Below, in pieces: positions 16,904-30,273 of a stretch of 64,000 nt of DNA. The DNA is taken from the NCBI GenBank assembly GCA_043821705.1, contig JBDRCN010000001.1:8851-72850 (forward strand), in the 5' to 3' direction. Position 1 is the stretch's first letter. Each line of letters starts with the position of its first letter. The translations under genes and the position numbers were made by a program. A model generated the notes under the pieces. It searched no databases and had not been told where the DNA came from. It was given only the letters and a program-made list of their open reading frames with translations. The DNA comes from Candidatus Omnitrophota bacterium. Its GTDB lineage: Bacteria; Omnitrophota; Gorgyraeia; Gorgyraeales; Gorgyraeaceae.

Positions 16904-18498
16904 GACCTTGTCTTTCTTAAAAGTATTGACTGCATTGAACTGCTTAAGACAGTGTTTATCAGCCAATACATGACCAGCCCCGACGGTAATGAATAGAAGA
17001 TAAACCCAAACATAACCGGCATTATCGAAGACATCATCTTCTGTTGGTCAGTCTGAACACTTGCCTTAGCCATTGAAAGCTTTTGTTGTAATATCATAGC
17101 ACCGATCATCAAAATTGGCAACACATTTATTGCATCCCCCAATAAAGGCAGGGTAACTGGCAAGGTAAACGCTCTATCAGGCATTGATAGGTCCTTTATC
17201 CATAAAAAGCTGGAGCCCTTAAGCTCTACTGATCTCATAAGCGTCTGGTAGAGCGCAATAAAGATCGGCATCTGTAGAAGCATTGGGAAGCACCCACCCA
17301 TGGGATTTACTTTATGCTTTTTATATAACTCCATCATTTCCTTATTTAGTTTCTGATGGTTATCTTTATAGTCTGCCCTAAGCTTTTCCATCTTCGGCTG
17401 AAGCTCCTGCATCTTGCGCATTGACTGCATGCTCTTAAATGAAAGAGGGAAGAGGAGTACGCTTACGCAACACGTGAGGAAAATTATTGCTAACCCATAG
17501 TTATGAAATATGTTATAGAAAAACTTAAGTACGCTTAAAAGCACCATGCTGATGCCTGTAAGCATCCCAAAATTTAATGCCTTACCAAAAGACTGCTCAA
17601 CTTTTTCTAATTCATCCACATCAGTTGGCCCAATATACACTAACATATTATATTGTCTTGTCTCCCCAGGCATAATAACTTCTTCGCCTGAAGACAGCCC
17701 GATGATCGGCTTATTATCTATATTATTTGTAAAGACCCCACTTATTTTAAAATCAGGCTTTGCGATAATAGAATAATATTTATTTTTTAAAGCAACCCAT
17801 TCTATGTTCTCTGGGTAAGTAAAATAGCTATCTTTAAATTTACCTCCAGCTATTTTTTTGAACTTACTGCTGGAAAAATACACATCACCCTCTATATATC
17901 TTCCTTCAAATTTTTCCTTGTTTGATATGTTAGATGCAGTCACTAGATCAAATGAATAAGGCCTAGCCGTGTTACTTGTGTTTGTGATCTCTACAGAAGA
18001 CCTAAGAGCATAATTGTCTTCGATAAAGTCTATGGTTTTCTCAACCAATAGACCATTTATAGATGCTACAAAAGTATTCGTATCTTCTTTTATAGTAAAG
18101 AGTTGCGTATCTATGCCTAACAGGGAACCACGTCCTTTCATGGAAAAAACACCAGCTTGATTCAATGCATCTTCGACCAACAGGACATCAAACCTAGTAT
18201 GGTCCTTTATTTCGATAGACGACACAGAAGCTCCTAGATTGGTCATATTAATAACATATCTGTTGTTAGATAGAACTTTTTCCGCCACATTTAAATCAAA
18301 TAAAACCTTATCATTAACTATGGGTTTTTCCTCATCTATAGCGAGCTTTGTTTGTTTTATAGGCTCTGCCAATGACTCACTATCTGAGATGTCTTCATAA
18401 AGGACTTCTTGTGGAGGATAGAACTTTGATACGAACATGGGATAGAAGATGAGCATTAAGATCGAGATAACTATTGCAATAATTGTCCGTTTTTCCAT
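16900..18498 (-). CDS. yidC: Membrane protein insertase YidC
   Basis: NYGLAII, KMQELQP, NPMGGCFP-LLQMPIF, WIKDLS-PD, GLVMYW. Confidence 0.96.
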   Translation of the reverse strand: MEKRTIIAIVISILMLIFYPMFVSKFYPPQEVLYEDISDSESLAEPIKQTKLAIDEEKPIVNDKVLFDLNVAEKVLSNNRYVINMTNLGASVSSIEIKDHTRFDVLLVEDALNQAGVFSMKGRGSLLGIDTQLFTIKEDTNTFVASINGLLVEKTIDFIEDNYALRSSVEITNTSNTARPYSFDLVTASNISNKEKFEGRYIEGDVYFSSSKFKKIAGGKFKDSYFTYPENIEWVALKNKYYSIIAKPDFKISGVFTNNIDNKPIIGLSSGEEVIMPGETRQYNMLVYIGPTDVDELEKVEQSFGKALNFGMLTGISMVLLSVLKFFYNIFHNYGLAIIFLTCCVSVLLFPLSFKSMQSMRKMQELQPKMEKLRADYKDNHQKLNKEMMELYKKHKVNPMGGCFPMLLQMPIFIALYQTLMRSVELKGSSFLWIKDLSMPDRAFTLPVTLPLLGDAINVLPILMIGAMILQQKLSMAKASVQTDQQKMMSSIMPVMFGFIFYSLPSGLVMYWLINTVLSSSMQSILLRKTRS

Positions 18499-18508
18499 TA
18501 TAAACCTT

Positions 18509-18730
18509 TCACTGTTTTTTGTAAGGATCTGGGCCGCCTTTAAAAAATGGGTTGCACTTCATGATCCTTTTAAGTCCTATTAATAGTCCTAAGAAAATAC
18601 CTTTATCATCTATTGCTTCTATAGTATATTGAGAGCATGATGGGTAATATCTGCATTTATATAACATTAATGGAGATAAGTAGTTATGATAAAAATTAAT
18701 CGCTTTTTTTAATAAATTTCTTAAAAACAT
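18509..18730 (-). CDS. yidD: Membrane protein insertion efficiency factor
   Basis: CRYYPSCSQY, RIMKCNPF-GG-DP. Confidence 0.93.
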   Translation of the reverse strand: MFLRNLLKKAINFYHNYLSPLMLYKCRYYPSCSQYTIEAIDDKGIFLGLLIGLKRIMKCNPFFKGGPDPYKKQ

Positions 18731-19061
18731 TTTCTAGGTCCTTTTGGACTTCAGGGCCTCTAGTATTTTCTTGCAGGCTTTGAGCCAATATGACAATATC
18801 TAAAGGTCTATTTAAAACATGCTTGTTTAATCTATACGCTTCTCTTAAAAGGCGCCTGTAGCGATTCCTTAGAACTGAATTTTTATTACATAAGCGCTTG
18901 CTTATTACAAAAGCAACCCGCTTTTTAGGTAAGCCGTCATCTCTCTTATGGATATATAGCTTTAGGAACCTGCCTTTTATTGGGGTACCAGTACGGAAAA
19001 TATCCTTGATCTGGTCATATTTTCGTAGGCGTTCTTCTTTTAAGAAGGCGTTTCGCTTCAT
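18696..19061 (-). CDS. rnpA: Ribonuclease P protein component
   Basis: ERL, FVISK, SVLRNRYRRLLREAYR. Confidence 0.92.
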   Translation of the reverse strand: MKRNAFLKEERLRKYDQIKDIFRTGTPIKGRFLKLYIHKRDDGLPKKRVAFVISKRLCNKNSVLRNRYRRLLREAYRLNKHVLNRPLDIVILAQSLQENTRGPEVQKDLENVFKKFIKKSD

Positions 19062-19198
19062 TAAACTGTAAGCTTTTTCTTGCCTTTTCGCCTTCGGCGC
19101 TTCAGTACTCTTCTGCCGTTAGCGCTTTTCATCTTGCGTCTAAAACCATGCTTACGCTTACGTTTTAAATTGCTTTTCCTGGTAAGATTCTTTTTCAC
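19061..19198 (-). CDS. rpmH: 50S ribosomal protein L34
   Basis: Manual translation from GTG: [45 protein letters not shown]; AGGAG RBS; below the ORF-track cutoff. Confidence 0.95.
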   Translation of the reverse strand: MKKNLTRKSNLKRKRKHGFRRKMKSANGRRVLKRRRRKGKKKLTV

Positions 19199-19221
19199 GT
19201 TATTCTCCTTGTAAGGGTAGC

Positions 19222-19249
19222 ATTATAACACAATGCGTTTTATCGTCAA
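19222..19249 (-). promoter_or_regulatory. rpmH operon promoter
   Basis: TTGACG-16 nt-TATAAT with extended TG. Confidence 0.7.
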
Positions 19250-19278
19250 GAAAAAAATGGTTGCTTTACATCAAGGAA

Positions 19279-19307
19279 CGGGTCCTGTCCGCCTTAATAG
19301 CCACACC
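19279..19307 (+). repeat. Degenerate family A remnant
   Basis: cgggtcctgtcc (A left end)...gccacacc (like the A right end). Confidence 0.55.
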
Positions 19308-19503
19308 AACCTAACCCTAGCCTGTGACCTTTGGCGCTGGAACACCGCGCCGTGTTCTACGGTTTAGAGCTCGCTCTACGAATAGAGCTTTCGCCTTTAG
19401 TCAGGCTCGATCTCGCTCTAAAGCCTTGAACACTTCATGTTTAAATACTACGGGATGCCGCTATGTTCCTGATGCGCCAAAGGCTCTCAGCCTAGGTTTG
19501 GTT
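19308..19503 (+). repeat. Family C long inverted-repeat element, copy 1
   Basis: About 196 bp, highly similar to 53467-53662; terminal arms partly decayed. Confidence 0.92.
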
Positions 19504-19513
19504 AGCATATAGC

Positions 19514-19812
19514 TATTAGCGGATGGCTTGGCTCATCCCTAGAAGCATCTTGAAAATTTAGAGCGGCCTGCCCGCCGAAGCTTTAGCGTAGGAGGGGCAC
19601 GGTTGATAAAGCGAAGTTTCCTGCTCTTACGCATTAGTTATTTGAAGATTATTGCACTGTAAAAGCTATTATTAATTGTATATCAGTAACCATGGTTCGC
19701 AGGGAACCAGCATATCTATTAATTATAAGGCTGGTTTCATGAAGCGCAGGATTCCCACGCTGGGGGAATCCAAGCGGTGCTGATAGGGGTGAGACAAGAC
19801 AGGCCGCTAATA
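19514..19812 (+). repeat. Family B, copy 3 (expanded, with nested E-like insertion at 19567-19596)
   Basis: Both halves of the B core present, separated by longer unique sequence. Confidence 0.88.
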
Positions 19813-19824
19813 AATATATTTTCC

Positions 19825-19853
19825 TTGAAATGGAAAAATCTTACTGTTATAAT
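19825..19853 (+). promoter_or_regulatory. dnaA promoter
   Basis: TTGAAA-17 nt-TATAAT with extended TG, 9 nt before the ATG. Confidence 0.72.
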
Positions 19854-19862
19854 GTTTGACCT

Positions 19863-21203
19863 ATGGCAATAGACATAATAGATATATGGGATAAAATCCT
19901 GGCGCGCACAAAGGACGAGATAGGGGAAAGGGCTTTTGAGAACTGGTTCACCCAGACCAATCTCCAGACTTTAAACGATGACAGCATCGTTGTCGAGACC
20001 CCGTCTAATTTTATAAAAGATTGGATATACGACCATTACCGCGATGCATTGAACATTGCTATTCTAAAAACCATCGGTAAGATAGTCCCTGTAAAATTCG
20101 AAGTAAGGCCATCCAGCGCCCCTGGGAAAAACCGCAGCATTGAGAAAAATAATCCCCCAGCACCCCAATCCATCACTAAAAAAGCTTCTTATTTAAACCC
20201 AAGTTATACATTTGAAGGTTTTGTAGTAGGGTCTTCAAATCGTTTTGCGCACGCAGCTACAATGGCTATCGCAGAATCTCCTGCAAAAGCATACAACCCT
20301 TTGTTTATATACGGAGGGGTCGGGCTAGGAAAAACCCACCTTATGCAAGCTGCCTGCCATTATATCTCCGAGATGCACAAGGGGCTCAAGACGTTTTATA
20401 CTTCGAGCGAAAGCTTTACTAACGAATTGATAAACTCCATAAAAAATAGAACTTCTTCTAATTTCAGGGAAAAATACAGAAAAGTAGATGTCCTTCTTAT
20501 AGATGATGTACATTTTATTGCTGGGAAAGAATCCACCCAGGAAGAGTTTTTTCATACGTTTAATGCTCTTTACGACGCGCACAAACAGATCGTGCTTTCA
20601 AGTGATAGGCCGCCCAAGACCATTCCAGGCCTTGAAGAAAGGCTTGTCTCAAGGTTTGAATGGGGGCTCGTAACTGATGTACAGCCACCGGACCTCGAGA
20701 CTCGTATGGCTATCATAAATAAAAAAGCTGAAAAGACAAACGCCCAACTTCCTTCTGATGTGATGTACTTGATAGCTGAGAAGATCCGTACAAATATACG
20801 TGAGCTTGAAGGAGCTCTTATAAAGGTCATCGCCTATGCATCTCTCCAAAACAAAAAAATAGACCTGGCGCTTGCCCAAGATGTCTTAAAAGATGTGATA
20901 TCGGAAAAAGAAAAAAGAATATCGGTTGAACTCATCCAAAAAAAGGTCGCAGACTATTTTGGCATCAAGACCTCTGATCTTAAGGCAAAGAAGCGAAGTA
21001 GGCAGGTCGTCTACCCTAGGCAAATAGCTATGTATCTTACCAGGGAACTTACTAGTCTCACGCTCCCGGATATTGGCGCAAATTTTGGCGGCAGGGATCA
21101 TTCTACGGTCATACATTCTTGCGATAAGATACAGAAGGAATTGAAGAAGAGCCAGAATGTTAAGAATGTTATCAACCGCTTGACATTGGAGATAAATAGT
21201 TAA
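19863..21203 (+). CDS. dnaA: Chromosomal replication initiator DnaA
   Basis: YNPLFIYGGVGLGKTHL, LLIDDVHF, QEEFFHTFN, FGGRDHSTV. Confidence 0.98.
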   Translation: MAIDIIDIWDKILARTKDEIGERAFENWFTQTNLQTLNDDSIVVETPSNFIKDWIYDHYRDALNIAILKTIGKIVPVKFEVRPSSAPGKNRSIEKNNPPAPQSITKKASYLNPSYTFEGFVVGSSNRFAHAATMAIAESPAKAYNPLFIYGGVGLGKTHLMQAACHYISEMHKGLKTFYTSSESFTNELINSIKNRTSSNFREKYRKVDVLLIDDVHFIAGKESTQEEFFHTFNALYDAHKQIVLSSDRPPKTIPGLEERLVSRFEWGLVTDVQPPDLETRMAIINKKAEKTNAQLPSDVMYLIAEKIRTNIRELEGALIKVIAYASLQNKKIDLALAQDVLKDVISEKEKRISVELIQKKVADYFGIKTSDLKAKKRSRQVVYPRQIAMYLTRELTSLTLPDIGANFGGRDHSTVIHSCDKIQKELKKSQNVKNVINRLTLEINS

Positions 21204-21358
21204 TAGTGTTGATAATATGTATTTTTTTGTGGATTATTTTTGAATTGTAACTATAATAGGATAATTGAGTTTGGGATTTATCAACATATCAACACTACTT
21301 AGTATTACGACTACTACTTTTCAATATAAAAGATAAGTAGAAAGGCTTAGGAGGGACT
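21204..21358. other. oriC (dnaA-dnaN intergenic unwinding region)
   Basis: DnaA boxes at 21207-15, 21228-36, 21278-86 and 21286-94, then trio-like (CTA/TTA)n at 21295-21318 and an AT-rich tract; gene strand switch nearby. Confidence 0.85.
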
Positions 21359-22446
21359 GTGAAAGTAAAAGTACTTAAAAACGACCTTATTAAAAACATA
21401 CAGAACGTGCAGAATGTGATATCTGCCAAAAGCAGCCTCCCAATACTTTCGAATATCTTAATAGAGACAAAAGATAATAAATTACAACTTACAAGTACAG
21501 ACCTTGACATAGGCATATCATCTGTAGTTTCAGCTGAGATAGAAGAAGAAGGGGCTATAACAGTTCCTGCAAAAAGATTTAATGATATTATAAAGGAACT
21601 TCCTAATGAAGATATATCTATAGCTACAATGAAAAATAATTCTGTGGTTATAAAATGTAGTAAATGTTTTTTTAAGATACTTGGCCTTCCAAAAGAAGAT
21701 TTTCCTAAACTACCTGAATTTAAAGACGAAAAGAGCGTGGTTATTAAACAAGATATATTAAAAAAGATGATCTCTATGACACATTTTTCTATATCACACG
21801 ACGAGGCTAGGTATATACTTAATGGGGCTTTGTTTTTATTTACCCCACAGAAATTTATAATAGTCACCACAGACGGAAAAAGATTAAGCCTTATAAAACA
21901 AGACCTGGAGAACTGCACATTGAATAGATCTATTATTGTCCCGTCTAAAACAATATATGAATTAAACAGAGTCCTGCAGGATGAGGGAGAAGTAGGTGTG
22001 ACTCTCAGTGAAAACCAAGCAAGGTTTGAATTGGGGAATGTCACCATAATATCCCGTCTCATAGAAGGGGAGTTCCCTAATTACGAACAGGTGATACCAA
22101 ATGAAAGCAAAGATAAGGCATTAGTACAAAGAGAAGGATTTTTATCCAGCGTGAGAAGAGCAGCACTTCTTACTACACAAGATTCAAGGTCTATAAAGAT
22201 AGATGTTTTAAAAAATAAGATGGTCATCTCAAAGACCAGCCCTAACATAGGCGAAGTAAAGGAAGAGTTGGAGATAAGTTATAAAGGCCACGAGACCACA
22301 ATAGGTTTCAACCCTGGCTATCTTATAGATGTATTGAAAGTACTACCCAAAGACGAGTTTGAGATAGATATAGTCGGTTCTGATAAACCAGCAGTTATCA
22401 GGATAGATGATTGGTATGTCTACCTAGTACTTCCTATGCAGTTAGC

Positions 22447-22450
<4 letters not shown>
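21359..22450 (+). CDS. dnaN: DNA polymerase III beta clamp
   Basis: LPILSNILI, TDLDI, TDGKRL, SRLIEGEFPNY, GFNPGYL. Confidence 0.97.
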
Positions 22451-25183
<2,733 letters not shown>

Positions 25184-25184
<1 letters not shown>

Positions 25185-25398
25185 TGAGGCCATAACTTAC
25201 GGAGCACGAAGTGTGACGTAAGTTATTTGGCCGAACATACCCCACACCCAACATTTATTGTGTCTGTTTTAAGGGGTATTGAAAATAACTAAAACACCAC
25301 GCTCAAGCATTAACAACAAAATGATAAATGCTGGGTGTGGGGTTTAACTCGCGCATTGACTTATGTCGCATTTTATGCTCCATAAGCCAAGCGCTCGT
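25184..25398 (+). repeat. Family F three-hairpin element, copy 2
   Basis: Starts at the G of the gyrB TAG: gtgagg-hairpin-ccgaac, central accccacaccc/gggtgtggggt stem, then actcg-hairpin-ctcgt. Confidence 0.7.
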
Positions 25399-25401
25399 AA
25401 A

Positions 25402-28400
25402 ATGTACACACAAAATGAAAAATTAGTCCCAGTCTATATTGAAGATGAAATGAAGAATTCCTATATTACGTATGCAATGAGCGTAATAGTAGGAAGAGCT
25501 CTTCCTGATGTCAGGGATGGTCTAAAGCCAGTACATAGAAGGATCCTCTATGCAATGAGAGAGCTGGGGCTGGAACATAGCAAGGCTTATAAAAAATCAG
25601 CCAGGATCGTTGGAGAATGCTTTGTAAAAGATACTCTGGTATTGACACAAAAGGGCCTGGTCCCTATTCAGGAAATCGAGCGGGGCGACAAGGTATTCAC
25701 GCAAAACGCGGCAAGGAGTGTTAGCGAGTTATACGAGATGCCAAAGAGAGAACTCCTTAAAATCACACTGGAAAACGGTACCAGCAACATAGCTACATTT
25801 TCGCAAAAATTTAAGGTATTGAATAAAAATCTAGAGTTTGTATGGAAAGAGGCAAAGGAACTCAATAAAAATGATTATATTGTTATAAGAGCGCATTATC
25901 CTGAAATTAAAGATATGGCAGGTTTGAAGCGCTCGGCAGCAAGGCATCCGTTTTATTTGAATGAAGATATAGCGTATATTTTAGGGCTTTTAATATCAGA
26001 TGGCTGGATCGAGAGGCCCAACGGAAGGCAGCGGAACAGGATGTGCTTTTATTCTGCCAATAGAAAAGTTATGGAGAAAGTGAGTTCGATGTTCGAAAGA
26101 GCGTTTGGTTATAGGCCGAATATCGAGGAGAAGATACATAAAGGAACCACAAAGGACGGCAAGCCATTAAAGAAGGGATATTCAGTAAGGATTAATAGGC
26201 AGGCTATAAATGATTTCTTTGCGGCAAATTTTCACTTGGAAGGACTTAAGGCGAAAACCAAGATAATCCCGCAACAGATATTTGTTTCTCCAAAGAGAAT
26301 AATATTTGCTTTTGTTGCGGGGCTTCTTGAAGGAGATGGCAGCATTCATCGCGGAAGAAATGTTGTACATTATGGATCTATTTCAGAGAAATTGATAGAT
26401 GGTTTGGCAGTGCTTTTACAGCACCAGGGTATTTTTGGCAGGAAATACAAGGCAAGATCTTCAGCGTCTAGTAGTTATATAGGAGGCAGGCTAGTTGCAC
26501 GCAGAGAGGTTTTTTATAGCTTGGAATTCAGAAGCTCTAACGCATTACTATTAGCGTCCAATATTAATCTTGTTGATAAAAAGAAGAACGCCAGGCTGCG
26601 CAACCTTTTTACCAATAGAATAATTCCTTCGGGCCAGGATATTATACCTTATGGAGGGGCCAGGATATTTGAAGAACTTAGCGCAAGACATATAGGAGGC
26701 GGCTGGTACAAGGGGGTTAATGGCAGCAAATTTAAACAAGGCATAAAATATCCTGATGGAGCTAAGATAAGATATTCGCATAATCTTCTAGAAAAACCTT
26801 TGAGAAAATCTCAAGTTCTAGAATGGGGGATTAAAGAAAAATTAGAAAGATTAGGATCGCCCCTCTCTGTTTTTATTGACAATATAGTAGATAATAAAAT
26901 TTATTTCTCGAAAGTTTCATCGGTAGAAAAATCAGCCCCGCAAGTAACATACGATATCCAGGTTGAACAGGATCACGAGTTTATCGCAAACGGGATGATT
27001 TCTCATAATTGTCTTGGTAAATATCATCCTCATGGAGATACAGCAGTATATGACTCGCTAGTCAGGATGGTGCAGGATTTTTCATTGAGGTATCCTTTGG
27101 TGGATGGACAGGGGAACTTCGGGTCTGTCGACGGTGATGCTCCTGCAGCAATGAGGTATACTGAAGCTCGCATGGCATCTATCGCGGATGAGATGCTCTC
27201 GGATATTGACAAAGGCACAGTAGATTTTACTCCTAATTTCGATGAAACACTGGAAGAACCGACTGTCCTGCCTGCGAAATTGCCAGGGCTATTAGTAAAT
27301 GGCTCCAGCGGTATAGCTGTGGGCATGGCAACTAATGTCCCACCACATAATCTATCTGAGATAGTGGATGCTATTGTAAAATTGATCAGCGACCCAGGGT
27401 GTTCTATTAAAGATCTGATGAAAATTGTTAAAGGGCCTGATTTTCCAACAGGAGGGATCATCTGCGGCAGAGAAGGCATTAAAAAAGCTTATGAAACAGG
27501 CAGAGGCCTTTTAAAGCTTCATGCAAAAGCAGCAATAGAGCAGCAAAAAGGCAACAAAGAAGCTATTATTATTACAGAGATCCCTTACCAAGTAAATAAA
27601 TCAAAGCTCATTGAGAATATGGCAAGCCTTGTACAGGATAAAAAAATAGAAGGCATTGCTGACATAAGGGACGAGTCCGATAAAGATGGTATGAGGATAG
27701 TAGTCGATCTAAAGAGAGACCAGAACGCACAGATCGTTTTAAACCAACTCTATAAACGTACCCAGATGGAGATGACCTTTGGCGTCATCACATTAGCATT
27801 AGTGGATCTCAGGCCAAAGGTATTGAACTTAAAAGAAGTACTTGAATTATACATAAAACATAGAATTGAGATCATAAAAAGAAGAACACAATTCGAACTG
27901 AATAAAGCTGAAAGAAGAGCTCATATATTAGAAGGGCTGAAAATAGCAATAGACAATCTCACTAAGATCATAAAGACCATAAGAGAATCAAAAGATCCTA
28001 AGATAGCCAAAGACGCATTAATGAAAAATTTTGATCTTTCAGAGGTCCAGGCGCAGGCTATTTTAGAGATGCAGCTTCAGCGTCTTACTGCACTTGAGAG
28101 AGGGAAGATAGAAAAAGAATACCTGGAGCTATTAAAGAGAATAGAGATGTTAAAATCTATATTAAAGAGCGAGAAGAAGATATTAGAGATCATAAAGGAC
28201 GAAGCATTAGAGGTTAAGAAAAAATACGGGGATGAACGTAGAACTGAAATAGTAGCGAGGCAGGAAGAGATCGAGATAGAAGACCTGATAGCAGAAGAAG
28301 ACATGGTTATCACAATAAGCCATTCTGGTTATATAAAACGCCTCCCAACAGGTTCTTACAAAAAACAAAAACGAGGGGGAGTAGGCGTAACAGGCATGGA

Positions 28401-29223
28401 TATGAAAGATGAAGATTTTATCGAGCATCTTTTTATCGCTTCTACTCATGAATATATACTATTTTTTACTAATCAAGGGAGAGTGCATTGGTTAAAGGTA
28501 TATGAGATACCACAGGCTTCCCGCTCCGGAAGAGGCAAGGCAGTAGTAAACTTATTACAGCTTTCATCAGGGGAAAAGATCTCTTCTTATGTCAGGGTAA
28601 AAGAATTCAAAGAAGGATTATATCTTGTGATGGCTACCAAGAACGGCCTTATCAAGAAGACAGATCTGATGGCTTATTCAAACCCAAGAAAAGGCGGGAT
28701 AATAGGCATTACTATCGAGAAGGATGACGAACTTATAGAAGTTAAGTGGACAGATGGCAGCCATGAAATAATGTTGGCGTCCAAAGAAGGAAAGGCTATC
28801 TGTTTTTCAGAAAAGCAAGTCAGGGATATGGGTAGAGGCGCAAAAGGAGTAAAAGGGATAAAGCTTGGTAAGAAGGATGAGCTTATAGCAATGGACATAG
28901 CGAGAAAAGACGCGACTGTCTTAACAGTTGCTTCTCAAGGTTTTGCAAAGCGTACATCTATAAACGAATATAGAAAACAGTCTAGGGGCGGCAAGGGTGT
29001 AAAGAATATAAGCGTTACGAGTAAAACCGGAGAAGCTGTAGGTGTATTGATGGTACATGACAATGACGAGCTTATGGTCATGACTGTGAAAGGAATGATC
29101 GTAAGGTTCGCTGTGAAAGATGTCCGCGCTACAGGCAGAAGCACCCAGGGGGTCCGCATAATAAAACTTGATCCTGGCGACAAGGTAGCAAATGTTGCTC
29201 GAGTGATCCCAGAAGAAGAATAG
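25402..29223 (+). CDS. gyrA: DNA gyrase subunit A, intein-containing (809 aa after splicing)
   Basis: [31 protein letters not shown], GyrA box QKRGGVG, CTD repeats. Confidence 0.97.
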   Translation: MYTQNEKLVPVYIEDEMKNSYITYAMSVIVGRALPDVRDGLKPVHRRILYAMRELGLEHSKAYKKSARIVGECFVKDTLVLTQKGLVPIQEIERGDKVFTQNAARSVSELYEMPKRELLKITLENGTSNIATFSQKFKVLNKNLEFVWKEAKELNKNDYIVIRAHYPEIKDMAGLKRSAARHPFYLNEDIAYILGLLISDGWIERPNGRQRNRMCFYSANRKVMEKVSSMFERAFGYRPNIEEKIHKGTTKDGKPLKKGYSVRINRQAINDFFAANFHLEGLKAKTKIIPQQIFVSPKRIIFAFVAGLLEGDGSIHRGRNVVHYGSISEKLIDGLAVLLQHQGIFGRKYKARSSASSSYIGGRLVARREVFYSLEFRSSNALLLASNINLVDKKKNARLRNLFTNRIIPSGQDIIPYGGARIFEELSARHIGGGWYKGVNGSKFKQGIKYPDGAKIRYSHNLLEKPLRKSQVLEWGIKEKLERLGSPLSVFIDNIVDNKIYFSKVSSVEKSAPQVTYDIQVEQDHEFIANGMISHNCLGKYHPHGDTAVYDSLVRMVQDFSLRYPLVDGQGNFGSVDGDAPAAMRYTEARMASIADEMLSDIDKGTVDFTPNFDETLEEPTVLPAKLPGLLVNGSSGIAVGMATNVPPHNLSEIVDAIVKLISDPGCSIKDLMKIVKGPDFPTGGIICGREGIKKAYETGRGLLKLHAKAAIEQQKGNKEAIIITEIPYQVNKSKLIENMASLVQDKKIEGIADIRDESDKDGMRIVVDLKRDQNAQIVLNQLYKRTQMEMTFGVITLALVDLRPKVLNLKEVLELYIKHRIEIIKRRTQFELNKAERRAHILEGLKIAIDNLTKIIKTIRESKDPKIAKDALMKNFDLSEVQAQAILEMQLQRLTALERGKIEKEYLELLKRIEMLKSILKSEKKILEIIKDEALEVKKKYGDERRTEIVARQEEIEIEDLIAEEDMVITISHSGYIKRLPTGSYKKQKRGGVGVTGMDMKDEDFIEHLFIASTHEYILFFTNQGRVHWLKVYEIPQASRSGRGKAVVNLLQLSSGEKISSYVRVKEFKEGLYLVMATKNGLIKKTDLMAYSNPRKGGIIGITIEKDDELIEVKWTDGSHEIMLASKEGKAICFSEKQVRDMGRGAKGVKGIKLGKKDELIAMDIARKDATVLTVASQGFAKRTSINEYRKQSRGGKGVKNISVTSKTGEAVGVLMVHDNDELMVMTVKGMIVRFAVKDVRATGRSTQGVRIIKLDPGDKVANVARVIPEEE
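25618..27009 (+). mobile_element. Intein with LAGLIDADG homing endonuclease (464 aa)
   Basis: N-terminal [16 protein letters not shown] and AGLLEGDG motifs, TYDIQV-HEF-ANG-ISHN/C junction. Confidence 0.95.
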
Positions 29224-29225
29224 CC

Positions 29226-29254
29226 TTGACAATAAGTTCTTTTTATTTTAAACT
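29226..29254 (+). promoter_or_regulatory. Probable tRNA-Glu promoter
   Basis: TTGACA-17 nt-TAAACT. Confidence 0.6.
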
Positions 29255-29332
29255 TTAAACCTTTGGACATATTTTGAGGCGCTTTAGTGTCCTAAAGCTA
29301 TAAACTATAAACCATCAACTATCAACTAAAGT

Positions 29333-29410
29333 GTCCCCATCGTCTAGCCTGGCCTAGGACATCAGATTTTCGATCTGACGACCGGGGTTCAAATCCCCGT
29401 GGGGACGCCA
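29333..29410 (+). tRNA. tRNA-Glu(TTC)
   Basis: tcaga-tt TTC ga-tctga; GGTTCAAATCC; GCCA end. Confidence 0.95.
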
Positions 29411-29487
29411 TTTCTTTTATCTCAAAGTTGTTGACGCATCAACATCAAATATACTATAATCTAGAAAATAACCTACGGAGGTGTTGT

Positions 29488-30273
29488 ATGAAAAGACTTG
29501 TGATAGTCTTTACTGCTTTATTTTTATTATGCGCGTTTACTGTCTATGTAAATGCTGCGCCTGTGACTTGTCCTGCCAGTGTTAAAGAGATGAAAGGGAA
29601 TGATTATATAGACAAGGATTCTAACATAGCTTTTTTAGTATCTCTCGAATCTGATTTTATAACTGAGAAAGACTTAGACGAAAGCGATGGACAAGTAGAA
29701 GGAACTATGCACGTAGGCAAATTAGTAGTAAGCTTTGACAAAGTTGATTTTTATGCACTTTTAGGGGGAACTGGGAACCTAGAATACAGCGCAAGCATTT
29801 CTGGTGCGAATGTTTTATATGAATTAGAAGATAAATTTTTATGGGGCCTAGGAGCAAGTGGTCTGATCAAGAAATGGGACAAACACGGTATACAGCTTTT
29901 TGGGGACCTTTCTTATAGAACAACAGGCGATATGGAATATGACATAGTGACTTTAAATGGTACCCAGTTTTCTAAATCACAGCTTACACCTGCGACAGAT
30001 GCCAAATATGAAGAATGGCAGATAGCTCTTAGTGTGGCAAAAAAGTTCCAGTATATGACACCTTACGCTGGTATTAAATATTCAAATCTTGATGCATCAG
30101 CTGATGTAACGATCTCCAGTACTCGCTACGCATTAAGCGATGCTGAAAACGATAATCCTGTGGGTATATTTTTAGGGTGCGCTCTCATGCCTTTGGACAA
30201 TATGTCCATAGACCTAGAAGGCCGCTTTATTGACGAAGAGGCTTTTAGCGTATCTCTGAACTACGAGTTCTAA
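29488..30273 (+). CDS. Outer-membrane beta-barrel protein, chlamydial MOMP-like
   Basis: GGAGG RBS, own TTGACG/TATAAT promoter (29431-60), signal peptide, C-terminal Y-x-F, YEEWQ...TPYAGIKYS and RFIDE motifs. Confidence 0.75.
   Translation: MKRLVIVFTALFLLCAFTVYVNAAPVTCPASVKEMKGNDYIDKDSNIAFLVSLESDFITEKDLDESDGQVEGTMHVGKLVVSFDKVDFYALLGGTGNLEYSASISGANVLYELEDKFLWGLGASGLIKKWDKHGIQLFGDLSYRTTGDMEYDIVTLNGTQFSKSQLTPATDAKYEEWQIALSVAKKFQYMTPYAGIKYSNLDASADVTISSTRYALSDAENDNPVGIFLGCALMPLDNMSIDLEGRFIDEEAFSVSLNYEF

Noticed and set aside
19324-19512. 62-aa ORF within family C, and 57202-57393 within family A
   Set aside because: They lie inside foldback repeats with no RBS or recognisable domain.
21295-22062. 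Long antisense ORFs (also 13429-14076, 30726-31382, 55658-56245 and others)
   Set aside because: Reverse-frame shadows of well-supported genes.
25363-25401. ORF-track N-terminal extensions of gyrA (also amtB 55188, jag 16966, lpxI 49440, dciA 22411)
   Set aside because: They run through repeat or terminator DNA or upstream genes; downstream starts fit RBS, gene overlap or homology better.
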